A DNA stretch of 64,000 nucleotides from contig JBFLYH010000001.1 of assembly GCA_040756875.1 (NCBI GenBank), positions 1,372,878 to 1,436,877 on the forward strand. Direction: 5' to 3'. A program made the translations under genes and the position numbers. This stretch comes from a candidate division FCPU426 bacterium. GTDB taxonomy: Bacteria; Oederibacteriota; JAAXVQ01; JAUVAV01. Below the pieces are notes generated by a model. It made no database searches. It worked only from the letters and a program-made list of their open reading frames with translations, and was not told the origin of the DNA. Positions within the stretch are counted from its first letter, which is position 1, and each line of letters starts with the position of its first letter. This document shows positions 30,823-41,925 of this stretch, piece after piece.

Positions 30823-30885
30823 GCCACACCTCCGAGTTAATCAGGCAAATCCCCCAAGTCTTTATACCTTGGGGTTGAATATGGG

Positions 30886-30915
30886 GTAGACGCAAATGTC
30901 TCACATTTTATTACA
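30886..30915 (-). promoter_or_regulatory. ECF-type promoter
   Basis: TGTAAT-N18-GTCTAC. Confidence 0.6.
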
Positions 30916-30966
30916 TTTATTTTTGCTTATTATATACATGGTTTCTATTTGGCGTATAAATAATTG

Positions 30967-31000
30967 AAAAAGGGGCGGGCTGCCACTGGCCACCCGCCCC
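30967..31000 (-). terminator. Intrinsic terminator after 31035..40526
   Basis: GGGGCGGG...CCCGCCCC stem + TTTTT. Confidence 0.78.
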
Positions 31001-31034
31001 CGTGCGAAAGAACGCCCACAGCTGCGTTCTGTGC

Positions 31035-34000
31035 CTACTTGATCAGCGCCACTTTCTTGGTCTGGTTGAGGACGATCTTCCCTTCCCCGTCTGTTACCAC
31101 GACCCGCACCAGGTAAATCCCCGGAGCCACACCGGCGGCCTTCCAGCTGGTGGTCAGCGTCTGGCCCGTGCCCTGCTTGTGTTCCACAATGCTCGCCACC
31201 CTTTCGCCGGTCAGGCGGAAGATGTCGATTTGGACTTTCACCGGCCCGTTAACCGTGTAGGCGAAATTCACCTGCCCGCGCGCTGGATTGGGATAGGCCG
31301 CCACGGTTTGCGCCTTGACAAAGGGCGTGGAAGTGGAAACCGGCGTCGGCGTGCCCGTGGCTGCGGATATAATCGTTTCCGGCGTGCTGGTCTTGGTGGC
31401 CGTGGGAGTCGGGGTCGGCGTCGAGGTAAGGGTGGAAGTCGGCGGAATGTAGATAATGGCAGCCTGGGCTTCCTGCTGCATGAGTTGGTCGCCCACGGCC
31501 TGCGCTTCAGCCTGAGTTTCAAAGTTCATGCTGGCAGTTATCTTTTCATCCATCCGTTCCACTGACGCGGCGCTTACCCACCAATCCGGCACCACGATAA
31601 TGGGAACATAGCTGATTCCTCCCAATCCCTGGTTGTCCACACTGATGATATTGACCTCCCAGTTCTTGTTGCCGGCGGTGAAGGCGGCACTGGCCGGTTC
31701 TCCGGCAGGACCGGTGATGCGCGTGACTTCTTTCACTCCGCCGAAAGTGCCGGAACCGGTTATCACGCGGTAACGCAGGGTGATACTCGGCTGCGGTGTA
31801 AGTTGATAGAGCGAAGTCGCCAAGATATTCTGGGTATGCGTAGTGTGCATGAAGTAAGACAATTCCGGCCAGGCCCTAACCCTTTGCGGAGTTTTCGGTG
31901 TCGGCGTGGGCGTCGGCGTGATCGTCGTTTCCGAAGTTGAGGTATACGTCTCGGTCGGCGTATGGGTATAGGTGTAGGTTTCCGTCGGCGTCTCGGTGAG
32001 TGTCGGAGTCAGCGTCGGGGTATAGGTCGGCGTATCCGTTGCCGTGTCGGTCCACGTTTCGGTCGGGGTCTCGGTCGGCGTGTCCGTGGGCGTGTCGGTC
32101 GGGGTCTCGGTATACGTGTACGTCGGTGTCTCAGTTGGGGTGTCGGTCGGGGTGTCAGTTGGCGTCTCGGTCCACGTTTCAGTCGGAGTCTCGGTCGGTG
32201 TATCCGTGGGCATGTCAGTCGGGGTCTCGGTATACGTGTACGTCGGTGTCTCAGTTGGGGTGTCGGTCGGGGTGTCGGTTGGCGTCTCTGTCCACGTTTC
32301 GGTCGGTGTCTCGGTCGGTGTATCCGTGGGCGTGTCAGTCGGGGTCTCGGTATACGTGTACGTCGGTGTCTCAGTTGGGGTGTCGGTCGGGGTGTCAGTT
32401 GGCGTCTCGGTCCACGTTTCAGTCGGAGTCTCGGTCGGTGTATCCGTGGGCGTGTCAGTCGGGGTCTCGGTATACGTGTACGTCGGTGTCTCAGTTGGGG
32501 TATCTGTCGGGGTGTCGGTTGGCGTCTCCGTCCACGTTTCAGTCGGTGTCTCGGTTGGTGTGTCCGTGGGCGTGTCGGTCGGGGTCTCGGTATACGTGTA
32601 CGTCGGTGTCTCAGTTGGGGTGTCGGTCGGGGTGTCGGTTGGCGTTTCCGTCCACGTTTCAGTCGGCGTCTCGGTCCACGTTTCAGTCGGCGTCTCGGTC
32701 GGCGTCTCGGTTGCTGTTTCCGTTGGAGTCGGGGTTGGAGTCGGGGTGATTTCCGGCAGATAGAACGGCGTTCCAGGTACGCCTGTGGAGGAATAAAGGT
32801 TGATCCGGCCTATCACATTTCCGCTCTCATAGTATCCAGGAGCGCCCACCATAAACTCCGCCAAGCTGTCTCCGTTAATATCTCCTGTTCCGGAAACAGC
32901 CACGCCGAAGCTTGAGCCGGTTTGATCACCGGCAATAATCCAATAGGGTTCAATACCCAGTCCGGCGGCGGATCCCAGGAAGGTATAAACCCGTCCCGTA
33001 GGATTGTCCCATGTCCACCCACCCGTCGCGCCTACCGCAACATCCGGGTACAGGTCGCCGTTTATGTCGCCAATTCCTGCCACACAATCACCGAAATGTT
33101 CGCTGGCAACATTGCCCTCGGCTGTCCAAGCTGGCACTGTCTGCAACCCAGCTGCCGAGCCGAGATAGAGATAGGCGGCGCCTCGGCTGTCCGCGGCATT
33201 CAGATAAGCTCCCACCATCACATCATCATATCCATCCCGGTTAACATCCCCGGCTGAAGCGACTGAAATCCCATAGCCGCTGCCTGAAGATCCCGCGACC
33301 ATCCATGCAGGCGTGGTTGCCAATCCAGCGGCCGACCCCAGATATACATACGCCTTGCCGGTCTGCCGGGCGCCTATAACCACATCGTCAAAACCGTCGC
33401 CATTGACATCGCCGGCCGAAGCGGCAGAACAGCCGAAAAGATCGTTGATATTTTCCCCTTGAGCAATCCAGTCCGGGGTTGAATTGAGCCCCAGAGCCGA
33501 ACCCAAATAAACGAACACATGCCCTCGCATGCTGTCGTAAATATAACCACTGACCATGACATCCGCATAACCGTCATGGTTCACGTCGCCGGCTGTCGCC
33601 ACGACGCCCCCAAGCTGTTCATTGGCCGCGCTGCCATAGACCGTCCAGGCAGGGGTTTGCGACAAGCCTTCAGCCGAGCCTAAATACAAATAGGCCGCGC
33701 CTTGATTGGTCGCTGCTTGGCTGTAACCATAGGCTCCAATGACTACATCCTCAAAACCGTCTTGATTCACGTCGCCGGCCGAACCTACAGTGCCGAAGCA
33801 GGCGTTGGTCTGCGGACCGGCCATTGTCCAGACCGGGACCGTGGTCAGGCCTGAGGCAGATCCCAGAAAAACATCCACGCGCCCCGTATTGCTGTTCCAA
33901 TTAGGACTGCCGACGATTAAGTCCGGATAGCCGTCGCCATTTACATCCGCCCGATCCTGGTATGATCCGGTTTGAGACTGTTGTATCCCTTTAAGAATCC

Positions 34001-37000
34001 AGACTGGAACAACTGAAGGAGTCGGCGTCGGTGTTTCGGTGAAGGTGGAAGTCGGCGTCTCAGTCGGCGTCTCAGTCGGCGTCTCGGTCGGCGTGGGGGT
34101 TACTTCCGGAAGCCCGCTGCCCTGGAGAATCCGTAAAGCACTACTATCCGCCACGTATATCAGATTCCCGACCAACTGCAAATCCGTGGCTACACCCGGC
34201 GTATCAAAGAACCCGGTCTCATATGGCCGGTAAGGATCAGCGACATTGAGAACTCTAACACCCGAATATCCGTCCGCAACCACGGCAAACGGCCACGCAA
34301 CAGCAACATCCAGGGCTGCAAACGGCGTGTCATAAAAACCGACATAAACAGGAGCCGTCGGATTCGATACGTCCACAATCCGCACGCCCCCATAATAGTC
34401 CGCGACAAAAGCATATCCATTGGACACGGCGACTTTCTGGGCCCCTCCCGGCGTGTCATACAAGCCAATCTGTACCGGAACCGCGGGGTTGCTGACATCA
34501 AATATTCGCAAGCCTGCCGTGCCGGCAGCGACATAGGCATATGTTCCTTCCACCTGGATTCCCTCGGCTTGATTGGGTACCGCAACCTGTCCCGCGAGTA
34601 TGGGATTGGCGGGATCCGCGACATCCAATATCATCAATCCTTCGCTGCCGTTCGCGAGGTAGGCATAATGCCCGGCAACTTGAATATCCTGCGCCTGCAT
34701 CATCTCCTGATAATGCCCGACTTCCACGGGTATTGCGGGATTGGAAATATCGACTATTCTCAAACCAAACTCCATGCAGGCCACATAGGCATATATTCCC
34801 GAAACTGCCACGGCGGCGGCATCACCCTCGCTGATTTGATAATACCCCAGTTCACTCGGAGCCGCAGGGTTGGATATGTCAATAATCCGCAAGCCGTCCA
34901 TCGCAGCGGCTGCATAAGCACGCTGACCGGCAATGAAAACGTCCTGGATACTATTGATTCCCAATGCGCCTAACTGGGCAAGGGCGATTCCTGGCAAAGG
35001 CGTCGGGGTCTGCGTTGGCCATTGAATGGGCGTCGTTGTCGGCGTAGGAGTCGGCGTGGGAGCCGGTCCCGGCAACCCGGTGATTTCAAGTATGCGCACC
35101 CCGCCTTCATCTCGAGGAGCCGCATAGGCATACAAATCCTTGATAGCGCAGCTTACGATTCTTTCGGTCGCAGTATAACTAGCCACCTCAAAAGGAGCTG
35201 CGGGATTGGCGATATTAACCATACGCAATCCAGCCAGATCACAAGAAAGGAAGGCATAGTCGCCAGCCAGGCACACCTCTTCAACATTTCCGGAAGTAGT
35301 ATAATGTCCGACTTCCACTGGCATTGCAGGATTCGACAGGTCAATGATCCGCAATCCGCCGGTCAAATCCGCCACATACGCCATAGCGCCCTGCACCATA
35401 ATGTCTCGGGTATATCCTGGAGAACCATAAAAAGACGTTTCAACCGGATGACGGGGGTCTGAAACGTCAATGATTCTCACGGCAGTGCCGTCGGCTACCA
35501 GCGCATACTGTCCCAACATGGCAACATCCATCGCATTTCCCGGGGTGTTGTAGAATCCGAGTTCAACCGGATGGGTAAGATCCGAGCAATCCAATATTTG
35601 CAGACCGCTTTCCCCTTCCGCAATGAATGCATACTGACCTGATACGGCAATATTATACGGGAACCCAGGGGTATAATACGTCGAAACAGCAGTCGGATTG
35701 GAGGGGTTGGAAATATCCATCACAACCAGAGGGTTCGACCCAAGAACATACGCATGGTTGCCCTCCACCCGCAGATTGCGCGCTCCCGCCACATTCATCA
35801 ACCCGACAGGAGTGGGCATAGCCGGATTCGACACATCCAGGATTTCAATCCCCAGCGGGCCGCCGCACAGGAAAGCGAGCTGCCCGGCCACCACAATTTT
35901 TTCCGTATTTTCACTACTATACTCGCTAATTTCATGCAGCCCGATGGTCGCGGTCATTGTTGGGGTGGGTGTCGGGGTCGGGACAAACGTCGCATAGATT
36001 CGCACAGCATCGAAAGTGGCCGAGGCACCGTTCGGCCCTTCCACTGACAGCTGAACTCCGTACAACTGCACGCCGCTCTCGCCGGTTACGCTCGGAATGT
36101 CAAAGATATAGGTCCCGGGCGCGTTGATACTGTCCCCGCTCAGCAGATCCCAGAATTGATACGGCGGTGTGGGGCCAGGATGGAAGACACCCACCCGTAC
36201 TGTCGCGCCGTTCAAACTTGTGATCGTGACAGCCAGTTTGGTGAAGATAGACAGGTCCACGTCTTGTGAGAATGAAGCCACCTTGCCCCAGCCGCCGTCA
36301 TTGGCGACTGTTACCTCAGCCAGACCATCCGTCGCGCTGTAAGCGATTTCCGCGGCCGGACTGATCGTATCCGAGGCATCATACCAACCCGCAGGCTGGG
36401 CGCCCGGCGTACCTCCACTGAATTCCTCCAACCAGAGCGTGTTGATCGGAGTGGAAGTCGCAGTCGGCGTGGGCGTTAAAGTAGGCGTTTCGGTCATCGT
36501 CGGCGTAGGAGTCGGTTCCGGCGCGAAGATCCGGATTGAATCTATGGTTACGATCCCGCCGTTCCCGCCCTCCGCGGAAAGTTGCAGGGCATACAACTGC
36601 ACGCCGGTCTCGCCGGTGGTGGTCGGAATATCGAACACATAAGTTCCTGGCGAATTGATGCTCGCTTGGCCTTGCAGGAAATCCCAGAACTGATACGCCG
36701 GATCCGGATGGAAAATGCCCACCCTAAGCGCGGCGCCGTTCACGGCCGCCACTTTAATTTCCACCTTGGTATAGTAAGAAAGATCCACGTTTTGCGAGAA
36801 GGATACAACCTTGCCCCACCCGCCGTCGTTGGTTATGGTGATCTCCGCCAGTCCGTCGATAGCGGCGTAAGCAATTTCCGCCGAGGGAGCGATAGTATCC
36901 GTGGCATCGTACCAGCCGGCGGGCTGGCCGCCGGGCGTACCGCCGGTGAACTCCTCCTGCCACAGGGTCATGGGCAAGGGCGTGGGGGTTGGGGTGATGG

Positions 37001-40000
37001 TAGGCGTGGGCGTTTCCGTGGGCGTGGGAGTAATCGTGGGTGTTTCGGTTTCAGTCGGGGTTGGCGTAGGCGTGGCTGTCAGCTGAACCGGCGGCAGCAT
37101 GGCCGTCTGGCCGGCCTGCAGGAACTGCAGGTCCTCGATATAAGTCCGGTACTTGCCCGTTGCGGTCGGCTCATCGAATCCCACCATGACCAGGTCGATG
37201 ATCTTGCCTTCCAAGGGCGACAGATCAGCTTCCACGTAGTACCAGGTATTATAGGGATCCGCGCGTCCGGCCGGATGCATGTCAACACCGTATTGGTCCT
37301 TGATCCCGGTGTTGCGCAACTCCGTCCCATCCGTGCAATGGAAGTCGACGGAGACGTGGTGGTTGCCTGCCTCGCCGTTCTGTAAATGGTAGATCCGGTA
37401 GACCATATGCATGCCGGTTTCGATGGTAATGTTGTGGAAGGGCTGAATCAGGTCGCTGTACAGGCGGTAATAGCAATAAGCCGGCGCGGCCACGGCATTG
37501 CCGCCGGCCATGAGGAATTTCTGGCCGCGGAAAGCAGGCACGCCCGCTTCGCCGCCGGGGCGCGGGCTGCACTCGGGCGGCAGATAGGAATAGAACCCCT
37601 CGACATTCTGCGAGGCCAGGACCGTGTCCCGGAAGCCGCCGTTTTCGCCGATCTCCCAGTTGCACTGGACCGGCTCCACGCCCGGGTCCGCCCCGGTAAA
37701 TATTTTCAGGCGGTCGATGAACGCCTCGTAATGCAATCCGTTCGCGCCCGTGTCAAAGCCCACGCGGACCTCGTTGATGGTCTTGCCCGCCAGGCCGGAC
37801 AGGTCCGCCTCGACATAGGTCCAGGCGTTGGACTCCACGTCGCGGTAGGCGGGATGCATGAGATAACCGCGCTGGTCTGAAATGCCGAGATTGCGCAGGG
37901 CTGTGCCGTCGCTGAAGATCAGGTCGATGCAGACATGGGTGTTGCCCTGTCCCAGGCCGTCTTTCCGGTTGTAAATCCAATACGACAGGCGCGTGTCCGC
38001 CACGACCGCAATCGGGCTGAAGCCCGGGTAGGAGGCATCGAACAATTGATAATAGCAATAGGCCGGAAGGGACTGGTTTTCCACCTGGCCGGCCACATAC
38101 AGGTAGCGCGGGCCTTCCAGGCTTGCCACGCCGTTGTAGCCCGCGTCCGTCACCATGCACACGGGCATGGGGTAAGGATCGTATCCAATGAGATTGCTGG
38201 CAGCGATCACCTGAGTGGAATAGCCTTCCATCTCGCCCAGGTTCCAACTAGTTTTCAAGGGATAGGTTAAATGGGAGGTCGGGAGTTTGGGCGGAATGGG
38301 TGTGGTTTCTTTAAGAAGGCGGAAATAATCGAATACACCGTTATCGCCAGGATTACTTCCATTGATCCAGACCTTGATCGAGAACTGCGAAGGATCAAAC
38401 CCATTTGCTACTGTATTAATGTTCACGCGGTACGTTCCTGGCGTGTTAAGTCCGACAAAAGCGGGATAATAAGTGGGCGATACAAACTCTTGCTGGACTC
38501 CAATGTCGAAGTACGTTCCTGGCGTGATGCTGTCCAGCTTGACTTCCAGGGTATTGAATACCATGCCGCCGTGCGCTGTGGTCGTGACATCGCGGAAGAT
38601 TGGGGAAATCACATTGCCATATTGAGGCGAAGTGCTTGACAGGCTAATAATGCCGCCAGAAGAACCGTTGCCGGCAATGGTTGCGTTGGAATCATTTCTC
38701 CAGCCTGGCGGCAGCACGCCTGCCGGGCCGGTGAAATCCTCGTCAAAACCCTCGGGCTCGCCCGGGCCGCCGTGGATGGCAATCTGATTGGCGTAGTCGC
38801 CCAGCGAAGCCAGGCCCGACTGGAACAACTGCCCGACCGTGTACCAGCCCAGGCCGATATACCCGTTGTCCGTGAGCATGCGGAAGGCGTCTTCCATCTC
38901 GAAGGTCGTGTTCGAGCCGGCGTTCTCGCCGTATTTTTCCATGCCATACTGGTCGACCAGCCAGGCGTAATAATGAGGGGCAGACCAGTTGGGGTTCAGC
39001 AGACTGAGTTCCCAGGCCGGTTCGTGCACGGGCTGAGTGCTCCAATCGTCCTCTTTCCAGGCTTCCCCGCGCCAGACCGCCTGAAGCGCGGTGTTGGCGA
39101 ACAGAACATTTTTACGGTCCGCCAGACCAGCCAGATAACGGTCCGGAACAAAGCCCCGGTTCACCCAATAGTAATTGCGCGTCAGGCCGGCCAGATCGCT
39201 GTTGGCTTCGGCTTCAATATCTCCGGACCGGGCCATGAAGCCGCCGCCCATGAGCAGCAGGCGGCCGTCGTAATATTTTTTCATGGTGGTGATTTGCCAA
39301 TTGATGAAATCCGTCAGGTTCTGGTAGTACCAATCGAGGAATGCCTGGGCGGCGGACGGATTGTACGTGGTGCCGTCGGTAATGGAAATGTCGTCGAAAT
39401 CAACCGTGGCCAGGGTTGCCGGGCCCGTGACAAACAGCTCCACATAGGCTTTGGCTGTGTAAGTCACCGAGGCGAAGCTGGGGCTGGTCACTGTGGTCCA
39501 GGTAGTGGCCGAACTCGCGACATTGGTCATTTCGGACCAGGTAAACGCCCCGGTCGGCTGGAAGACGCGGATGTTGCCGGTCACACCCGGGGTATTGCTT
39601 CGGATGCGTCCGCTCAGAGTGTACGTGGTGTTGGGTTTAAGGACAATGCTCTGCCGCAAATGATATTCCCGGCCACTCTGATCAGGCGGGGTGGTGTAAC
39701 TTAAATAATGGCTGCCTTCGGGCGCGCCGCCGGTTTGCACGTTCGGCTGCCAGCCGCTTTGATAATAGCAGTCCAGCGTATTTTCCCAATTGGCGATGGT
39801 GTTGGCATAGTAAGTGTCTTCGAATCCGCCGTTGACCACACGCTGGCCCTGGATGCCCGTGGCACCGGGCATGAAGGAGGCGGCCAGAGGGTTCGAGGCA
39901 ATGGCCGCCCGGGCATACGGGTCCCAGGCCCAATAGCAATTGCGATGGCCGTAATAGTCGTTCGCTTCGGGATAAGCGACTTCGCCCCAGCGCCCCACGG

Positions 40001-40526
40001 TCAGATAGACAGCCCAAAAATTGTTGCCCAGGTCGGAAAACACCCGCGCCAGGTAACTTTCGAAAGCCGTGCGGTAATTCGGTTCCCAGATGCTGACCAG
40101 GGAGTCAGGCGCATTGCCATGATTCTCAGGGTCCCAAGGCGAACCGTACTGGTTGACATAATGGGCGTTCGGATGGGCGGTCCAGTACCAATCCGGCACC
40201 GGGAAGGGGTTGACGCGCAGGACAATGGCAAACCCTTTTTCGCGCAATTTGCGAATCTCGGCCTGTTTCTGGCTGATGTAATTGGCGTCGTATACGCCCT
40301 GACTGGGTTCGTACAGCGCCCAGCGGATGTATACGTTACGCAGTCTGAGCCCTGCCGTATATTCGGCGTCGAGATGGGAGGCATCCGTGGGTTCACCGTG
40401 ATTAGGCTGGCCGGGATTGGAAATGGACTCGTCCCAGGCTGTCCCGTAAAAAGCGGCTTGAGCCGGCGAAAGGGACAAGCTGGCAAATAGAATAGAAAGA
40501 ACAACGAATGTTTTCTTGCCTGGCAT
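31035..40526 (-). CDS. Giant secreted multidomain protein (3163 aa): GH14/GH42-like barrel with CBM-like insert, accessory modules, two LVIVD propellers, FG-GAP propeller, Thr/Pro repeats, T9SS-like CTD
   Basis: [27 protein letters not shown] insert; GLRI(I/V)D(I/V)SNP repeats; AGDVN.DG(Y/F).D repeats; YPNP...KKVALIK. Confidence 0.8.
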   Translation of the reverse strand: MPGKKTFVVLSILFASLSLSPAQAAFYGTAWDESISNPGQPNHGEPTDASHLDAEYTAGLRLRNVYIRWALYEPSQGVYDANYISQKQAEIRKLREKGFAIVLRVNPFPVPDWYWTAHPNAHYVNQYGSPWDPENHGNAPDSLVSIWEPNYRTAFESYLARVFSDLGNNFWAVYLTVGRWGEVAYPEANDYYGHRNCYWAWDPYARAAIASNPLAASFMPGATGIQGQRVVNGGFEDTYYANTIANWENTLDCYYQSGWQPNVQTGGAPEGSHYLSYTTPPDQSGREYHLRQSIVLKPNTTYTLSGRIRSNTPGVTGNIRVFQPTGAFTWSEMTNVASSATTWTTVTSPSFASVTYTAKAYVELFVTGPATLATVDFDDISITDGTTYNPSAAQAFLDWYYQNLTDFINWQITTMKKYYDGRLLLMGGGFMARSGDIEAEANSDLAGLTRNYYWVNRGFVPDRYLAGLADRKNVLFANTALQAVWRGEAWKEDDWSTQPVHEPAWELSLLNPNWSAPHYYAWLVDQYGMEKYGENAGSNTTFEMEDAFRMLTDNGYIGLGWYTVGQLFQSGLASLGDYANQIAIHGGPGEPEGFDEDFTGPAGVLPPGWRNDSNATIAGNGSSGGIISLSSTSPQYGNVISPIFRDVTTTAHGGMVFNTLEVKLDSITPGTYFDIGVQQEFVSPTYYPAFVGLNTPGTYRVNINTVANGFDPSQFSIKVWINGSNPGDNGVFDYFRLLKETTPIPPKLPTSHLTYPLKTSWNLGEMEGYSTQVIAASNLIGYDPYPMPVCMVTDAGYNGVASLEGPRYLYVAGQVENQSLPAYCYYQLFDASYPGFSPIAVVADTRLSYWIYNRKDGLGQGNTHVCIDLIFSDGTALRNLGISDQRGYLMHPAYRDVESNAWTYVEADLSGLAGKTINEVRVGFDTGANGLHYEAFIDRLKIFTGADPGVEPVQCNWEIGENGGFRDTVLASQNVEGFYSYLPPECSPRPGGEAGVPAFRGQKFLMAGGNAVAAPAYCYYRLYSDLIQPFHNITIETGMHMVYRIYHLQNGEAGNHHVSVDFHCTDGTELRNTGIKDQYGVDMHPAGRADPYNTWYYVEADLSPLEGKIIDLVMVGFDEPTATGKYRTYIEDLQFLQAGQTAMLPPVQLTATPTPTPTETETPTITPTPTETPTPTITPTPTPLPMTLWQEEFTGGTPGGQPAGWYDATDTIAPSAEIAYAAIDGLAEITITNDGGWGKVVSFSQNVDLSYYTKVEIKVAAVNGAALRVGIFHPDPAYQFWDFLQGQASINSPGTYVFDIPTTTGETGVQLYALQLSAEGGNGGIVTIDSIRIFAPEPTPTPTMTETPTLTPTPTATSTPINTLWLEEFSGGTPGAQPAGWYDASDTISPAAEIAYSATDGLAEVTVANDGGWGKVASFSQDVDLSIFTKLAVTITSLNGATVRVGVFHPGPTPPYQFWDLLSGDSINAPGTYIFDIPSVTGESGVQLYGVQLSVEGPNGASATFDAVRIYATFVPTPTPTPTMTATIGLHEISEYSSENTEKIVVAGQLAFLCGGPLGIEILDVSNPAMPTPVGLMNVAGARNLRVEGNHAYVLGSNPLVVMDISNPSNPTAVSTYYTPGFPYNIAVSGQYAFIAEGESGLQILDCSDLTHPVELGFYNTPGNAMDVAMLGQYALVADGTAVRIIDVSDPRHPVETSFYGSPGYTRDIMVQGAMAYVADLTGGLRIIDLSNPAMPVEVGHYTTSGNVEEVCLAGDYAFLSCDLAGLRMVNIANPAAPFEVASYTATERIVSCAIKDLYAYAAPRDEGGVRILEITGLPGPAPTPTPTPTTTPIQWPTQTPTPLPGIALAQLGALGINSIQDVFIAGQRAYAAAAMDGLRIIDISNPAAPSELGYYQISEGDAAAVAVSGIYAYVACMEFGLRIVDISNPAIPVEVGHYQEMMQAQDIQVAGHYAYLANGSEGLMILDVADPANPILAGQVAVPNQAEGIQVEGTYAYVAAGTAGLRIFDVSNPAVPVQIGLYDTPGGAQKVAVSNGYAFVADYYGGVRIVDVSNPTAPVYVGFYDTPFAALDVAVAWPFAVVADGYSGVRVLNVADPYRPYETGFFDTPGVATDLQLVGNLIYVADSSALRILQGSGLPEVTPTPTETPTETPTETPTSTFTETPTPTPSVVPVWILKGIQQSQTGSYQDRADVNGDGYPDLIVGSPNWNSNTGRVDVFLGSASGLTTVPVWTMAGPQTNACFGTVGSAGDVNQDGFEDVVIGAYGYSQAATNQGAAYLYLGSAEGLSQTPAWTVYGSAANEQLGGVVATAGDVNHDGYADVMVSGYIYDSMRGHVFVYLGSALGLNSTPDWIAQGENINDLFGCSAASAGDVNGDGFDDVVIGARQTGKAYVYLGSAAGLATTPAWMVAGSSGSGYGISVASAGDVNRDGYDDVMVGAYLNAADSRGAAYLYLGSAAGLQTVPAWTAEGNVASEHFGDCVAGIGDINGDLYPDVAVGATGGWTWDNPTGRVYTFLGSAAGLGIEPYWIIAGDQTGSSFGVAVSGTGDINGDSLAEFMVGAPGYYESGNVIGRINLYSSTGVPGTPFYLPEITPTPTPTPTETATETPTETPTETWTETPTETWTETPTDTPTDTPTETPTYTYTETPTDTPTDTPTETPTETWTETPTDTPTDTPTETPTYTYTETPTDTPTDTPTETPTETWTETPTDTPTDTPTETPTYTYTETPTDTPTDTPTETPTETWTETPTDTPTDTPTETPTYTYTETPTDMPTDTPTETPTETWTETPTDTPTDTPTETPTYTYTETPTDTPTDTPTETPTETWTDTATDTPTYTPTLTPTLTETPTETYTYTHTPTETYTSTSETTITPTPTPTPKTPQRVRAWPELSYFMHTTHTQNILATSLYQLTPQPSITLRYRVITGSGTFGGVKEVTRITGPAGEPASAAFTAGNKNWEVNIISVDNQGLGGISYVPIIVVPDWWVSAASVERMDEKITASMNFETQAEAQAVGDQLMQQEAQAAIIYIPPTSTLTSTPTPTPTATKTSTPETIISAATGTPTPVSTSTPFVKAQTVAAYPNPARGQVNFAYTVNGPVKVQIDIFRLTGERVASIVEHKQGTGQTLTTSWKAAGVAPGIYLVRVVVTDGEGKIVLNQTKKVALIK
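32050..32660. repeat. Coding tandem repeat, 120-nt period, about 5 copies (40-aa [40 protein letters not shown] unit)
   Basis: The identical 40-mer ggggtctcggtatacgtgtacgtcggtgtctcagttgggg starts at 32101, 32221, 32341, 32461 and 32581. Confidence 0.95.
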
Positions 40527-40716
40527 ATGCAGGAGACCCCCTCCGGCAGGTTGGTGTGTCGGAAAAAAGACGGAAGATAATGTTTTTCCGGATCAGCGAC
40601 GGAGGAAACCCAAGGATATAGTGGGAAACGGGTAAGGAAATATAAGTATATCACAAAATCAGTTAAAATCAATTTTACGCCTGAAAATAAAGTGCTTTTA
40701 TCTTCCTACTTTACAG

Positions 40717-40745
40717 TTAGACTCAGGCAAAACGTTTTTATAACA
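40717..40745 (-). promoter_or_regulatory. ECF-type promoter
   Basis: TGTTAT-N17-GTCTAA. Confidence 0.7.
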
Positions 40746-40749
40746 CCCT

Positions 40750-40789
40750 AAAAATAAAACCAGGGGCGCATACTGCCTGCGCCCCTGGT
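40750..40789 (-). terminator. Intrinsic terminator after 40818..41768
   Basis: ACCAGGGGCGCA/TGCGCCCCTGGT 12-bp stem + TTTATTTT. Confidence 0.85.
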
Positions 40790-40817
40790 CGGAATTCAGT
40801 CCAACGAATCAGGCTTT

Positions 40818-41768
40818 TTAAAAACGAACCGCCACGGCCACCTGATGGATCAATCCCAGATCACCATAAGAGCCCAGCGCATAGTCCACGTTGAAGATAT
40901 CCAATTTGAACCCTATTCCCGCGGTCAGCCCTGCGATCCCGCCCATCTCGCCTGTATCCTTGATCTTGTACCCTACCCGCCCGGCCACCAGCTGGTCATA
41001 CCAGTATTCAGTGCCCACGTTGACGGAAGTATAATTGACGTCGCCGAAAGGCAGGTTGACATCAAGCGCCACATTCCAAATGTCCCGGGAAGAGACCAGG
41101 GCCGGAAGCACGTAAGCGGCGCCCGCCTTGGCGTTCATGGGCAAATAAGCATCCGCCACTTTGGTCCCCAGGTTCTGGACCGCCAGTCCGATCTGCAACC
41201 CGTCTATGCCGGGCTTTAGCAAACCGCCCACATCCACAGCCACGGCGGAATACGTTTCAGTGTCGATGTTTTGGGTGAATACTTTCACCGCGCCGCCCAC
41301 AGCCAGATTTTCCAGCAACCACTGGCCGTAGCCGGCCGAGGCTGTCATCACATACGGGGTAAACTGGCCCTGGTCGACCGGCATCCCTGTGGCTTCATCA
41401 AAACCCGTTTTATCAATGGCGCCGTAGTTCAGGTAAGTCACATTGGCGCCAATGCCTGCGCCCGCGAAGAGATTCTGAGCGTACGCCAGGTACTCCTGGG
41501 ACGTTTCCTCCAGGTAAATATTGTGCATGAATCCGGCCTGATAGCCTTGCATTTGGGCCAAGCCCGCCGGGTTCCAGGCCAGGGCATTCAGGTCATCGGC
41601 CAAAGCCACGTACGCCTCGCCCATGGCTACGGGCCTGGCGCCCAGTCCCAACTTCAATTCCGACGCCCCTACCTTGCCGATATCATAATTCGTTTGCGCC
41701 GCCCAAACCACGCCTCCTGAAGAGATAATGACGACGACGGCCAGCCAAGCGATAATCGTTTTTGTCAT
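40818..41768 (-). CDS. PorV/PorQ-family outer-membrane beta-barrel
   Basis: Signal peptide; GARPVAMGEAYVALADD..A..WNPAGL; amphipathic strands; C-terminal Phe (VAVRF). Confidence 0.82.
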   Translation of the reverse strand: MTKTIIAWLAVVVIISSGGVVWAAQTNYDIGKVGASELKLGLGARPVAMGEAYVALADDLNALAWNPAGLAQMQGYQAGFMHNIYLEETSQEYLAYAQNLFAGAGIGANVTYLNYGAIDKTGFDEATGMPVDQGQFTPYVMTASAGYGQWLLENLAVGGAVKVFTQNIDTETYSAVAVDVGGLLKPGIDGLQIGLAVQNLGTKVADAYLPMNAKAGAAYVLPALVSSRDIWNVALDVNLPFGDVNYTSVNVGTEYWYDQLVAGRVGYKIKDTGEMGGIAGLTAGIGFKLDIFNVDYALGSYGDLGLIHQVAVAVRF

Positions 41769-41811
41769 GATTTTTAATCCCTCGATTTATAGTGATTGGA
41801 TTTCTTAATAA

Positions 41812-41841
41812 TTAGACTGAAGATGGCTGGTAAATATTACA
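41812..41841 (-). promoter_or_regulatory. ECF-type promoter
   Basis: TGTAAT-N18-GTCTAA. Confidence 0.68.
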
Positions 41842-41861
41842 TTCATTTTTTGATTTTTTAC

Positions 41862-41901
41862 CCGCAGGGCGCCCGAAGGCATGCTTGGGGCGCCCTGCAG
41901 G
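41862..41901 (-). other. GC-rich hairpin after 41926..50547 (no U-tract)
   Basis: GCAGGGCGCCC/GGGCGCCCTGC stem; followed by an A-rich run on the minus strand. Confidence 0.6.
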
Positions 41902-41925
41902 ACAAAAGTTCCCGGGAACTGGCTG

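Noticed and set aside
32050-32660. Regular repeat array as a possible CRISPR
   Set aside because: The intervening sequences are themselves repeats, the array is in frame within a CDS, and there are no cas genes.
31962-32915. Plus-strand repetitive ORFs (SVGV-, CRSG- and RGR-rich) in all three frames; likewise 22435..23172
   Set aside because: Reverse-complement readings of Thr/Pro-coding repeats.
40527-40716. Long 5' leader of the 3163-aa gene as a riboswitch, and minus-strand ORF 40001..40672
   Set aside because: No riboswitch consensus recognisable by eye (an Rfam/Infernal scan is needed); the ORF overlaps the real gene out of frame.
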